A DNA stretch of 64,000 nucleotides from Hamiltosporidium tvaerminnensis FI-OER-3-3 (Eukaryota > Fungi > Microsporidia): assembly GCA_022605425.2 (NCBI GenBank), contig CM061247.1, positions 248,001-312,000 on the forward strand, read 5' to 3'. The translations under genes were made by a program, and so were the position numbers. Positions 12,401 to 23,898 of the stretch are shown here, one piece after another (position 1 is the stretch's first letter; each line of letters opens with the position of its first letter). Under the pieces are notes generated by a model. It ran no database searches. It was not told the DNA's origin and was given only the letters and a program-made list of their open reading frames with translations.

Positions 12401-13873
12401 TTACTTTTTGTTATTTTCATAATCATTTAATACATTTCTACCTGTCATTTCTTTGGGAACGTCTAGATTCATAATATTTAAAATTGTTGGTGACACATCT
12501 ACTAATGAATGCCCCAAATCTTTATATTTACCAGTTCCTTCACCCTGACATATTATAAATGGAACTTTATTTTTTGTATGTTTTTTTACGATTTCATCAT
12601 CTTCATCTTTCATAATTTCTGCATTACCATGATCTGCTGTAATGACAAGAACGTATCCTTTTTTACGACATAAATTATAAACATGACCTATTGCTTCATC
12701 GGTTGCCTTTACTGCTTCTATTGTGGCTTCATATGAACCAGTATGGCCTACCATATCCGGTGGTGCAAAATTTGCCATTACAAAATCGGTACCATTTTTT
12801 ATTTCATTTATTACAGATTCTGTAACTTGGTTTAAGGACATAGATGGACATTTATCGAAAGGGCCCGGTGGACTTTTTATATGAATTCGATTTTCCTTAG
12901 GAAATGGTTCTTCTCTTTTTCCGTTAAAAAAATATGTAACATGTGCATATTTCTCGCTTTCACTAATATGTGTCTGATTTAAATTTTTATCTGAAATAAC
13001 TTCAGCTAAAGTTTTCTTTTGATATTCTATATCAAATATAACAGTTGCTATAGAATCAAAATAATGAGTCATTGTATATACTTTGTTTTGCCTTGATATA
13101 AATCTACTAACGATTTGCCTCATTCGATCAGGTCGAAAATTAAAAAAGAAAATACTGTCTTCTGGTTTTATACGACCATCTTCTTCAACAAAAACTGGTA
13201 AAAGATGTTCATCTGTAATACCTTTGGCATACATTTTTTTGATTTCGTATTTAAAAGATTTAGAAACGTTAGCACCGGAAACCATATTTTCTATGGCAAT
13301 ATCTGTCTTGGAATAATCACCATCTCTATCCATAGCATATGATCTTCCTATCACAGATACAAGTGAACCTGTTTTTATTTTCTTAATAAAATGTTTGATG
13401 TCATCATAATACTTTAAAAAACTAGTTGGTGATGTATCTCTTCCATCTGCTATCATATGAATATAAACTTTACGATTTGAGTTTTTTAAACATTTCAATA
13501 TACTTTTCAAATGACTGATATGAGAATGAACACCACCATCACTTAAAAGACCTATCAAATGTAATGTGTTTGTATCCTCAATAATAGGGGATAGTTTCTG
13601 TTTTATTTCACGTGTTTTGATAGATTTATTTATTCTTACTATATCTTGATTTATAATTCTTCCCGATCCGATAGTTAAATGTCCTACTTCAGAATTTCCC
13701 ATCATATTTTTTGGCAACCCAACATCTTTTCCATGTGCTTTGAGAAGAAATGAGGGATAAATAGTAGACAACCTTTTCATGTTTGTACAACACGCAGCTC
13801 GTATTGCATCATATTTTACTTTTTTTCTGTTAATACCCCATCCATCTATAACAATCAAACATACTTTTTTCAT
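12401..13873 (-). CDS. gpmI: 2,3-bisphosphoglycerate-independent phosphoglycerate mutase (iPGM)
   Basis: Motifs LIVIDGWG, MGNSEVGH, SDGGVHSH, DGRD, ESEKYAHVTYFFNG, DMVGHTG and TADHGNAE. The start is placed at MKKVCL (13873), preceded by ccc-agtgat, rather than at the TTG at 13957. Confidence 0.96.
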   Translation of the reverse strand: MKKVCLIVIDGWGINRKKVKYDAIRAACCTNMKRLSTIYPSFLLKAHGKDVGLPKNMMGNSEVGHLTIGSGRIINQDIVRINKSIKTREIKQKLSPIIEDTNTLHLIGLLSDGGVHSHISHLKSILKCLKNSNRKVYIHMIADGRDTSPTSFLKYYDDIKHFIKKIKTGSLVSVIGRSYAMDRDGDYSKTDIAIENMVSGANVSKSFKYEIKKMYAKGITDEHLLPVFVEEDGRIKPEDSIFFFNFRPDRMRQIVSRFISRQNKVYTMTHYFDSIATVIFDIEYQKKTLAEVISDKNLNQTHISESEKYAHVTYFFNGKREEPFPKENRIHIKSPPGPFDKCPSMSLNQVTESVINEIKNGTDFVMANFAPPDMVGHTGSYEATIEAVKATDEAIGHVYNLCRKKGYVLVITADHGNAEIMKDEDDEIVKKHTKNKVPFIICQGEGTGKYKDLGHSLVDVSPTILNIMNLDVPKEMTGRNVLNDYENNKK

Positions 13874-15987
13874 ATCACTGGGTTCAAATATTTTTTTTAT
13901 AATTTTTTCTTGAAACAATGTTTCATTTTTGTAATTAAAAATGATTACCCATTTCAAGCAATTCGTGGATTAATTTTAATTAATAATCGCAAAAAATTTT
14001 TTACCAATATATTTACGTTGTTTTATTCAATAATATCAGTGTCTTAGAATCTGTTCATTTATGTTGCTTTCTTTTGAATAATTATTTTTTTAAAAAATAC
14101 GAATTTATGATTAAACATATATTTCAATTTCAACGCAAAAAGTTTTTTGAAATTAATGCTCTTTATACTATAAACGATGCCTTTTTAGATAACCAAATAG
14201 CTTAAGAAATCCGAGTAAAAATAAATGTTGTTTTATGTGCATTTTAATATACTGAAAAATATTTTTTTAGTTAAAAAATTTCACATTTTTTTCAAGAAAA
14301 AAGCAGATTTTATATTTTTCTCATTGTATTAATGCAATTCTAGATTTAAAATAGATATATACTTTCCCAAAACTTCATCTCTATACCATATGAGATCTAA
14401 AAACCAAGAATTTTTATCTGAAAGCTACATTGAACTTATTTAATAAGAGGACATTGTTCAGTTTCTATAATGTTCTTTTAGCTGGAATGTGATTGTAAGT
14501 AAAAAACTATCCTGAACTACTCAAAGACAAGCAAAATCATATTAATTATAAATATTTTAACCAAAAAGGCTTTCAGCTAAGATATATCTCGACAACTGAC
14601 ATACGGTTCATCTAAACGTTGCGATTCCATATTAACAGGTATAATCTGCTACTCAAATTGCTGGTTTTTTCAGTCAATGTTATCTGTCTCTCTCTAGTTA
14701 AATAAAACATAATATCTATTTTTTAGTATTTAGAGTTTTTTGTTTACAAAGAATTTTCCTGTGCATATTTAAGATAACTATATATTTTATATTAAAAATG
14801 TTGTAATAATGAAATAAGAAATGTTTTAGTGCTCAAATAACGACAGTATGCATTTATTTCTACTCTATAAACGAGTAGTGATGTCACCATGACGACATAC
14901 CTTAAATTTTTTCTTGTTATTAAAAATGTAACCGCTACAGTGGTGTTTCAATTAGAATATGAATCATCCACAACCAATAATAACATCCAGAAGTAAAACA
15001 TGAAACACCTTAACATTTAATTAAGGCAGAAAAATATTTGCACTTACTTTGATTAAACTTCCTTTCTAGGTTGTAGCATATTAATATTCAGATATTAAAG
15101 AATAAAATTCTTCCCTTTTTCAAGTATATTTTAATTTAGATATATTTGTTCCAATTTTCATTTTAAGCTTTTATATTTATTAATAATAAACAATCCTGAT
15201 AAAATTAATTGGCTAAGGCATTTTTCTAGCAATTTTTTTATATTTTATCATTTATATAAAACAATTGCTACTTGAATTTGTCTCATGGAATTTTACACCT
15301 GAATCAGAATATCTCAATGAGAACTTAGTAAGACATAAAATCATGTAATTGACTAAATCATCATGTCGTTGTATTAAATTTGTTTTTTCAGACAAATAAA
15401 CTGCTTCAAGAATCGATGTAAATGAAAAAGAAATGGAACGCGATAGAAATAGATGGTAAACTTAAATTGATAAAAAAAGGAAATATTGTGATAAAAATGC
15501 TAAAATTTAAAATTTAATAAGACAGAAGCAAAAAAATATGTCAATAAAAAAATATCCTAAATAATATTAGTATTGGTAAGCAGTTGCTATAAATGCATAT
15601 ATTAAAGAGCAGAGAATATACAAGCAACAGATATGAGGAGGATATAAAATACCAATTGAATAGATTAAAAATTAATAGCGTAATTAATGCAGCTCAAGAT
15701 GAAAAATCGACTTTTTTCGTTCAAAACAAAATTAAGTTCGTTTCATAGAGCTTAATGACGAGCATATTCATGCTATACTATAGATATAAATATAAATTGC
15801 GAATTTCAAAGTGCCATATCAGAATTAAATAGTATAAATTATAAGGAAAAACTTCATTTTTTGGTCACAACTTTAATTAAAGAACAAAAAAGTCACTGAT
15901 AGATTAAATTTTAATTAAGAAGATATAAAAGTTACTGATAGATTAAAAAATTAAAATTATTAAAAAAATAATTAAAAAAAAAACAAC

Positions 15988-16912
15988 ATGCGTAATAGAA
16001 AAGATAAGAAAACAAAAAAATACATTATTTTGATTTCCATGGTAATGTCTTCAATTATTCTTGAAGCTATATTTATTTATAGAATAATTATATATGCAAA
16101 GAATGATACAAAAAATGAGTTTGAATATATAACATTTCACATATTATCATATCTATGGTATTATATTTATGACGTATATTGTGTTGCTGTTGTATTGTAT
16201 GGTTGTTCAATGGAACATTTCTTTTTACATTTTTTTCTTAAAGTTTATTTGTATTCCATTAAGATATTATCAGTTAGATATTTTGGATTTCATTTCGAAC
16301 ATATAATTTATATTTTGTTGGAAATCTTAAAGTTTTGTAAAATAATGCAAGAAAGAGATAGTGTTATATCTAAAATAGCTTGGATATATCACCAGTATAT
16401 AGGCATACATTATTTTTTACAGAATTCTTTTATTGTAAGTTTTATACTAATTTAGTTAAGAAAAACTCTAAAAACATTCCGATCTTTTCTTTATCATCAT
16501 ATTTTATTTGTTTTAATTATTCACACGAATAAATTTGCTAATATTGAAAGAAATTATATTGAAATATGCTTAATATCTACTACAGTTGTCTTATATTTCG
16601 CTACGACATATAAGGAGTATAAAGAATCTTATTTAAGAAAATCATTAAACACTATATCACTGATTATTCTTTTGATATTATCAGTTAACAGAATATCAGT
16701 TTATCTGCCATTGTATAAAAGGTAAGTAATTTTTTAATTTAAGCAATATTCTACTATATCAGATGATGGAACTTCTTATAATCAGTACAGTTTTGATTCT
16801 AACAATTATAGATGGATTTAATTATAAAAATGGTTTATTTGTTATTTTACAGACCGATCCATTTGATGTTACAAGATTTCTTATTGAAGATTCTTCGGAT
16901 ATAATAGAATAG
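15988..16912 (+). CDS. Multi-pass membrane protein of unknown function, 3 exons (15988-16434, 16456-16721, 16744-16912; 293 aa)
   Basis: Removing introns 16435-16455 (gtaagttttatactaatttag) and 16722-16743 (gtaagtaattttttaatttaag) gives a continuous frame with hydrophobic segments, ending at TAG 16910-16912. Confidence 0.8.
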
Positions 16913-18083
16913 TTGTATTATATCATTTCAAGCAGATACAATATTCTTAAATGAAACAAATTATGGTATATGCTCAATAAGATATAATTAAAAGAGGAAG
17001 AAGTATATCGTTGAATAAAATTTATAAATAAATATATTTTTTAAATATTTGAATAGTTAATTTCAAAGAAAATTTTGCTTTAGAATCATGTAGCTATTTT
17101 ATAGAAACTATATAGCATATTTTTATTTGACAAAAAATTGTCAAATCAGATATTATTATGTTCAAAATTTATTTTTATAACAGTTTTTTTTGAAATACAA
17201 ATTGATAAATATATCATTTTAAACGATTTGTAATTTTTTGAATATGTTTATTTATACCTTAAAATATTTTCTTATCTGTTCATTATTTTCGCAAATTGTA
17301 GAAATAAAAAATAATTTTTTTGCTTATACCTGATTCAAAGATGAATTTAAACAAAAAAAATATTTAAATACGAAATTTATTTCATTTAAAAACATTTATA
17401 CCAAAATTTTTGAGTCAATTACTAAACATAGGTTTGTATGATTAAGTATCAATCTTCCATATATTATATATCAAGGAAGATACACAAGAAGATCCTTCAA
17501 GAAAAGAGATGGCGAAAATTTTTTACGAAATAATTTTATTTTTTTTTTGATAAAAAATACATTATTGATACACTTTTTATTTTAAACGCTTCTAATTATA
17601 TAATTCAGTGATGCCTCTGCGAAGACAATGGACCTCGAAATCGTTGATTAGTTCAAAAAAGGATGAAAGAAATATAAGTGTTTCGACCAAGAAATATACT
17701 CTTATGATTTGTTTGAAAATCTTAGAAAACCAATAATAATGTACAGAAAGAGAACAGGAAACACTTTAAACGATTGATTAGCTTAAAAAAAATTTCGCAC
17801 AAATTTACTTAAAAATCTTTTCTCTTCTGATACATCATAGATTGCCTCGGTAGATATTTGTTTTATTTTTTTTAAAGTTTAAATTTTTAGAAATCTATTC
17901 AAGGTAATAAATTTTCTGGCAAATTTCTCTTCGATTTTTTTATTACAAACAAATAATCAATAGTAAAGTAGAATGAATGTTTAGAAGCCATTTAATAGTG
18001 CAATATATTTATATCCTTAAGACAAAAATTTGTTCAAACTATTTGCTGAACGAATATTATGTACTTTTACACCAGATTTAATT

Positions 18084-18321
18084 CACTCATTCATCCTTGG
18101 CAGTACAGCCATGTGTGAGCCTTGGCGTCCCGTAGTAATACCGCCCTCACCGGTCGTTTTCCAGCGGGTCTGTTTACTTATGGGTTTCGTAAAAGGTAGT
18201 TTTAAAGGGTGGGTCGTTAGCCTTACGCCTAACGCCAACATGGAGGATCAGTCTCTTTTAGTCGCCTCTTACGACAAGCAGAGAATACTCCCAGCCATTT
18301 CTGCTCCCGGCATGCTGGGGA
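18084..18321 (-). mobile_element. Short non-autonomous RTE-derived retroposon (SINE-like), copy 1
   Basis: Perfect 13-bp TSD accagatttaatt (18071-18083 and 18322-18334). The minus strand has the RTE-5'-like motif gcttgtcgtaagaggcgactaa and an RTE-like tail gccaaggctc...ggctgtactgccaaggatgaatga. Confidence 0.8.
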
Positions 18322-20443
18322 ACCAGATTTAATTAAAAAAATTAAATAAAGTTAAATAGGAAGTTATATACTTGTCAAATTACTAATAAATGATACTGCT
18401 AAGACTAACTGTTTTTCAAAACAAAACGCTTGAAGCAAAAAAATATAAACGAGAAGAAAATCGATTGCGATTAAAATAGATGGAGAACTGAACCGAAAGA
18501 AACAGAAAACAATGACCTAAAGGTCTGAAAAACATAAAATAAGATAGGAAAAAAAAGAACAACTTCGTTTATAAAAATATTTCCAGATTTTTATCCGGAA
18601 ATTTCTTAATGACGACCAAATATATGATTATGAACAACCAAAGAATATATAGTTAAACTAATTGGTGAGTTTAGAAAAGCTTTGATGAAAATATTGAGAA
18701 ATAAAGTTCGGCTTTTGAAGTAAGAAGATTGATCTAGTTTTAGCTTTTATTATTTTCGAATGCAAAATTGAGTCTGTTTCTACGAACTTGAAACTAGTTG
18801 TTTAAAAATCATAAAATTCTCATAAAATATAAAAAAATTATACAGTATGTCAAAAATTAAGTGAGTATACCTATGTTTAAATTTTTTTTAAATTTAAAAC
18901 GTCGTAATTACAGTGTTTATTTGGGTAAAGTAAGCGTAGATTATAAAGATATAGCTAAGGTCATTTTATAGATATTGTCTATATAAAACAAAAAGATTAA
19001 ATTTACAAAAGTATAGTCATAAAAATATGTACACTTCTATTTAATGTTTAGTATGCCATTCAATAGCGAGTAAAAAAAGATAAACTCGTTTTTTTCATAG
19101 AAAAACCAATTTTTTTGACAAAAGCAATAGGAATTTCATACCAAATTCCGATTAATTTTTGCCTCACCTGATTTACATTTTTTAACGTAAAATTACACAA
19201 TTTTTTTTCATATAAACCCAAAGATGTTCTATTGTGTTTAAAATTGGTGATTGAGATGGCAATGAAGTATTTCAATTCCTTTTATTTCTAAATATTCACC
19301 TGTAAACTTTGATATATGTTTGGTATCATTATCATATTAAAAATATACTCGTCTAAATCCCTATTTCTAGCAGATTATTCTAATTTGTTTGCAAGAACAC
19401 TAAAATATTGAAATAAGACCATAGTAGTATCAATACATGCCAAATTGCCAAACTTTGAAATGAAATACATTCTCAAGCCATAAGTTTTACCGTTATGTTT
19501 AACCTTCGGTGTTATATGTTTAAGATTTGGCGTTCTTCCTCCATAGATAAATCTTACCATGTGATTAAAAAGTTAAACTTGCTCTAATGCTTAAATAATG
19601 TACGTTTCTAATCTCATTTCAATTGAAAAGAATAATCTTATAATTGTAAATCTAGCGACCATATTTTTTGGTAAAAACCTTGGTCTTTAGCACGGGAACG
19701 GGGATAGATACCAACCTTTTTTTAACAGATTTCTTAAAATCTTAACACTATCATTATAATTACATAAAACGCCCAATATTTTTTATTTAATTTCAGCTGA
19801 ACTAATTTTAGGATTTCTTCTTTCCAAATCTGAAATTATATTAATCACGGTAATATCTATAAGAGAGGGTCATCTTATCTGTATTTCGATTTGTATCTTT
19901 TCTATTTCTATACTTTTGCAAAGTATTATGGCTGTAGACATGGCTACTTCAAGAAATTAATGGGTTTTTTCATTTGAATAACTTTTTAAGCTTGACTTTA
20001 TTGTAAGATCTTTCTTCTTGCTGATTGAATATAAGTCATTTAAGGTTGATTAAAACCAAAAGGAATAATTAAGTGATTTATGACGAAAATATGTAAGAAT
20101 TTTTAGCAGGCCAAATTCTTTTCGACATTTTTGAAAGATTTATGTGAAAATATATAATTAGAAATCATAAACAAACTCACGAATGAAAAATATAGATATC
20201 AATATTATGAGTCAAAATTGACTGCAAAAATAATCATAATTCCTATGAAAATGTAGAATATTTCGATGTCTGACTTTTTTCGACATACAGATATAAAAAG
20301 AATGTTCATTTTTATAAAAATTAAGTTAATTGATTAAAAAAAATATTTCATAAATTTCTGGACATAATAAGAGGTTTGCTCTGAAACTATATTACCAAAA
20401 AGAAAAGTATTTAAAGAAAATAAAACTAATCATCTAAATAAAA

Positions 20444-21607
20444 TTATTTTTTATTAAGAATTTCAAAGATGCAAATAAGTTGTTGATAATAACTAAATGT
20501 TAGATGTTGCAGAGGTATTTTTTGAGAATTTAAAATCACCGTAAATTTTGCTAAATTTTTATGATTCAACTTTTTACTTCCAAAACAGCAAATATTAATA
20601 ATTTGAGTGATAGAAGATATAAAATTATGAAATCTATTTGAATTGACACAACAGCAGTGTATTTCAAAGCAAAAATTCGTATTTCTAAAATATACGGTCT
20701 TATCTCTTTTGACCAAGGAAATTGATTCTTTAGTGTAAAAAAAATCATCAAGAGAGGCAAAGCAGAAAACGAAATGAAATAAATCATTAAAGATAGGATG
20801 CATTAAAGCTTGATCAGCAGAAAATCTACTTTTTTTATCTTCTGATGTACATTTTTCGTAAAAGCTTTTAGCCATAAAATATAAATCATCAGGTAAATTC
20901 TTTTCATACATTTTGAAGTACTTCATAAAAAGAATACCGAGACTCCATATATCAGCTTTATGGTCAAAATTTTTCCCTGCTTTGACTTCTGGTGAATATA
21001 ATAGATGATCAAAATCGGATAATTTACCTTCCTTTTTAGTCAATTCATTAAAAATATTAAATTGTGATTCTTTAAACGTAGACATTCCAAAATCAATAAG
21101 TTTTACCTGAAAGTTTTCTTTTACCATTATATTATTGTCTTTCAGATCGAAATATATTATATTTTTTGTCCTAAGATAATTCAGCGCATCCAAAATCTGT
21201 TTGATCAAAAAAAGAAATTCACTAAAATCAACTGTATTAGTAGATAATAAATCATAAAAGGTATTGGGAATATACTCATAAACAGAATATTCATACGGTC
21301 CAAATATATCAAAACAATGAATTTCCACAATATTTTCATGTTTCAAAATACTCGTGAATAAAACATCTCTTGTAACTCCAAAATAATCATAAATGAAAGT
21401 TCTTTGTACTTTTACTGCTACTTTTTCCTTATTTGCTTCTTTATGTGCCAAAAAAACCGTTCCATACGTTCCCGAATTTATTTTCTTTTCCATTATATAA
21501 GTGTTTTGCTTTGAACCATTTCCAATAGTAAAATATTCAGAATTTAGATCTATAAAATCTAAATCAGATATGGGAATTGCAAAACAAACTTGCATGAAAA
21601 AAACCAA
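20444..21607 (-). CDS. Divergent Ser/Thr protein kinase
   Basis: Motifs SGTYGTV, VAVK, YFDLKDNN (non-RD catalytic loop), DFG, YSPE and DIWSLG. The start is uncertain (TTG 21607 or ATG 21595). Confidence 0.9.
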   Translation of the reverse strand: MVFFMQVCFAIPISDLDFIDLNSEYFTIGNGSKQNTYIMEKKINSGTYGTVFLAHKEANKEKVAVKVQRTFIYDYFGVTRDVLFTSILKHENIVEIHCFDIFGPYEYSVYEYIPNTFYDLLSTNTVDFSEFLFLIKQILDALNYLRTKNIIYFDLKDNNIMVKENFQVKLIDFGMSTFKESQFNIFNELTKKEGKLSDFDHLLYSPEVKAGKNFDHKADIWSLGILFMKYFKMYEKNLPDDLYFMAKSFYEKCTSEDKKSRFSADQALMHPIFNDLFHFVFCFASLDDFFYTKESISLVKRDKTVYFRNTNFCFEIHCCCVNSNRFHNFISSITQIINICCFGSKKLNHKNLAKFTVILNSQKIPLQHLTFSYYQQLICIFEILNKK

Positions 21608-22442
21608 AATTCTTCAAAATTTGTCTTCTGAATGCTTTTTAAAAATCATAGTTTTAGATATCCAACTATTTTTCAAATCATTTAATAGAAAATATTTCTA
21701 ATAATTCAAATATTACCAAGTATAGTATAATTACATAAAAAATAATTTTTTATTACAGATTTTTTCTTTGAAATATTTTGCCAACTTGGAATTTTTTATT
21801 TTGAACGTTTTTTTTATTGCTTTAAATCTTTATAAAATTACTACTGAAATAATTTCATATAAATAAAATCAGAAATAAAAAATAGATTGCGAAATATAAA
21901 AATATACCCAAAAAAATACAAATCATTTTTTATTATAAAAATACGGAAAACAGATAAATTTTAATAAACCTAATAAGGAAAATTGATTGAAATTTTTTTG
22001 AATAAAAATCAGTAATTTTATAGAAGTTTTTACCAAATATATACATAAAACCACCATAAAGTTTATAGGAACATGCAAAAAAAAATGAATCCATTGATTT
22101 ACATTTTCTTTTTATCGATTAATGAAATAAATTAATATATTTTTTATAAAATATTACTAAACAAGTAAATGACTGAAAAAAATTTTATTTTTTTTTTTTA
22201 ATTTCATAGAAGTTACATACAATTTGCTAAATTGTATTTTTTTTATATTTTTCATTTTTATTAAAATTTCAAAAAAAATCTAAATTATAAATTATTTGCA
22301 GTAAAAATAAGAATTTTAATGAAATAAGCTGAAAAAAATGGTTTTATTCTATTATTTTATAACAAGAATCCATCGGAGTAATTTTTTTAAAATTTTTTTC
22401 TGATGGTATTTATTTAGAATATAATTTTTTTTATAATTAATA

Positions 22443-23170
22443 GTGGAGGGAGGATAACCACATAAAAAACTTTCTGCTTCGCAATGAGTGTGTGGATCTG
22501 GTGTGAGATCATTGTTTGGATTTTTGGTGGAAATAAAACCACACTACATCTTCGGTTGTTCCATGGGAGTTGTTTTGAAGAGTAGAGGTCTAATAAATGG
22601 AGAAACTTTTTCTACAAATTTATTTAAAGTTTTTTATGTAACAGATTGCAGACCGCAGCTAAGCATTTAGGTAATTGCCATGTAAGAGCATGGAAGCCTA
22701 GCCCTGCTCACTCGGGTTAGAAAACTTAGCGCTTGGGAGATATAAAAATTAATATCATTAAAAGCCGGGAGAGCTAAGTAGCAGGGTATACCTGTTGGTA
22801 TGACATTGCATTGTCTAGGTGAGCCCCATGTAAGTCTCTGAAATATATCTTAGCTAGAAGGTTAATGGGTATACAGAGTGTAGAGTAAGTGAAAGTGGTG
22901 CATTGTCTTGGGGAAGCCCGAGGGGGGGCTTTGGCCTTCGATCACACTCCATGCAACGGACATTAACGAACTCCGGGCAACTGCCTCGCCTAGTAATTGG
23001 TTCTACACGCTTGGTAGATGAAAGGTTTTGGGATGTAGGTATCTCAGGGGGTACTGATGGTGTGTTGAGGTAGCCATTATTTATGTTAAACCTAGAATTG
23101 CGGTAATGTCATGAAAACAAATATAACATTTACCACTTTTTTAACAAGATGTGATGCTTTTAAATAAAGT
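22443..23170 (+). mobile_element. ~730-bp dispersed element, copy A
   Basis: Runs from gtggagggaggataaccaca to gatgtgatgcttttaaataaagt, collinear with the other copies. Confidence 0.9.
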
Positions 23171-23410
23171 TTATTTATTTAAAAAGTAAAATACTTTTTA
23201 CTTCTGAATTCAATTAAATTAATTTTTAATTTTTTACATTCGCCTAATAAAAATATTTAAAAAAAGGAAAATACTTTTTACTTCAGAATTCAATGGAATT
23301 ACTTCTTAATTTTTGTGTTTACCTTTTTAGTTTCAATCTATTTATTTAAATCCCTGCTTCGTTCAAATTTAAAATATTTTTATAAACCCAAATATCTTTA
23401 AAATTTTTTT

Positions 23411-23803
23411 ATGTCAGAAAATTCGGAGAAAATAAATCAAGGCGGTACAAAAAACCAGCAAGAAAATACAAATGAAATTAATTTAAACATAGAAAACGAT
23501 TTGAATAAAGAAACAGCTTTAAAAAACATTATAAATCAATTAAAGAGTAATGAAGATTTACCTTCACTAAAAAAAATTAAAAAATTGATAAAAGAAAACC
23601 ATGATATTACTAAAATATCTGATAATTCAGTAGATTTAATATTTAATGCGTCAAAAAGTATTTTTCTATTTTTAGTTGTTAAATCGATAGAAGAAAGTCA
23701 GAAAAAGAAACGAAAAACTTTGATGATTGAAGATATAAAAACGGTAATTAAGAAATATAAAATAAATTTTTTAACAGAAATGTTACAAATGAATAAAAAA
23801 TGA
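23411..23803 (+). CDS. Histone-fold protein (NF-YC/DPB3/CHRAC-like)
   Basis: LPSLKKIKKLIK...ISDNSVDLI...KKRKTLMIEDI histone-fold signature. Confidence 0.8.
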   Translation: MSENSEKINQGGTKNQQENTNEINLNIENDLNKETALKNIINQLKSNEDLPSLKKIKKLIKENHDITKISDNSVDLIFNASKSIFLFLVVKSIEESQKKKRKTLMIEDIKTVIKKYKINFLTEMLQMNKK

Positions 23804-23898
23804 AAAAAATAAAACATTTTTGAAAAGATTAATAAGGAATAAATCGGGTATTAAAGATAAATTATAAATAAATATTTGTAATAATTGAATAAATTAAT

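Noticed and set aside
18400-19000. Possible third R4-like RT relic
   Set aside because: Too decayed to align by eye.
19375-19941. Minus-strand frame with a CCC motif and ATG running into the 19560 ORF
   Set aside because: It has at least five in-frame stops and no recognisable homology. It may be a pseudogene but cannot be supported.
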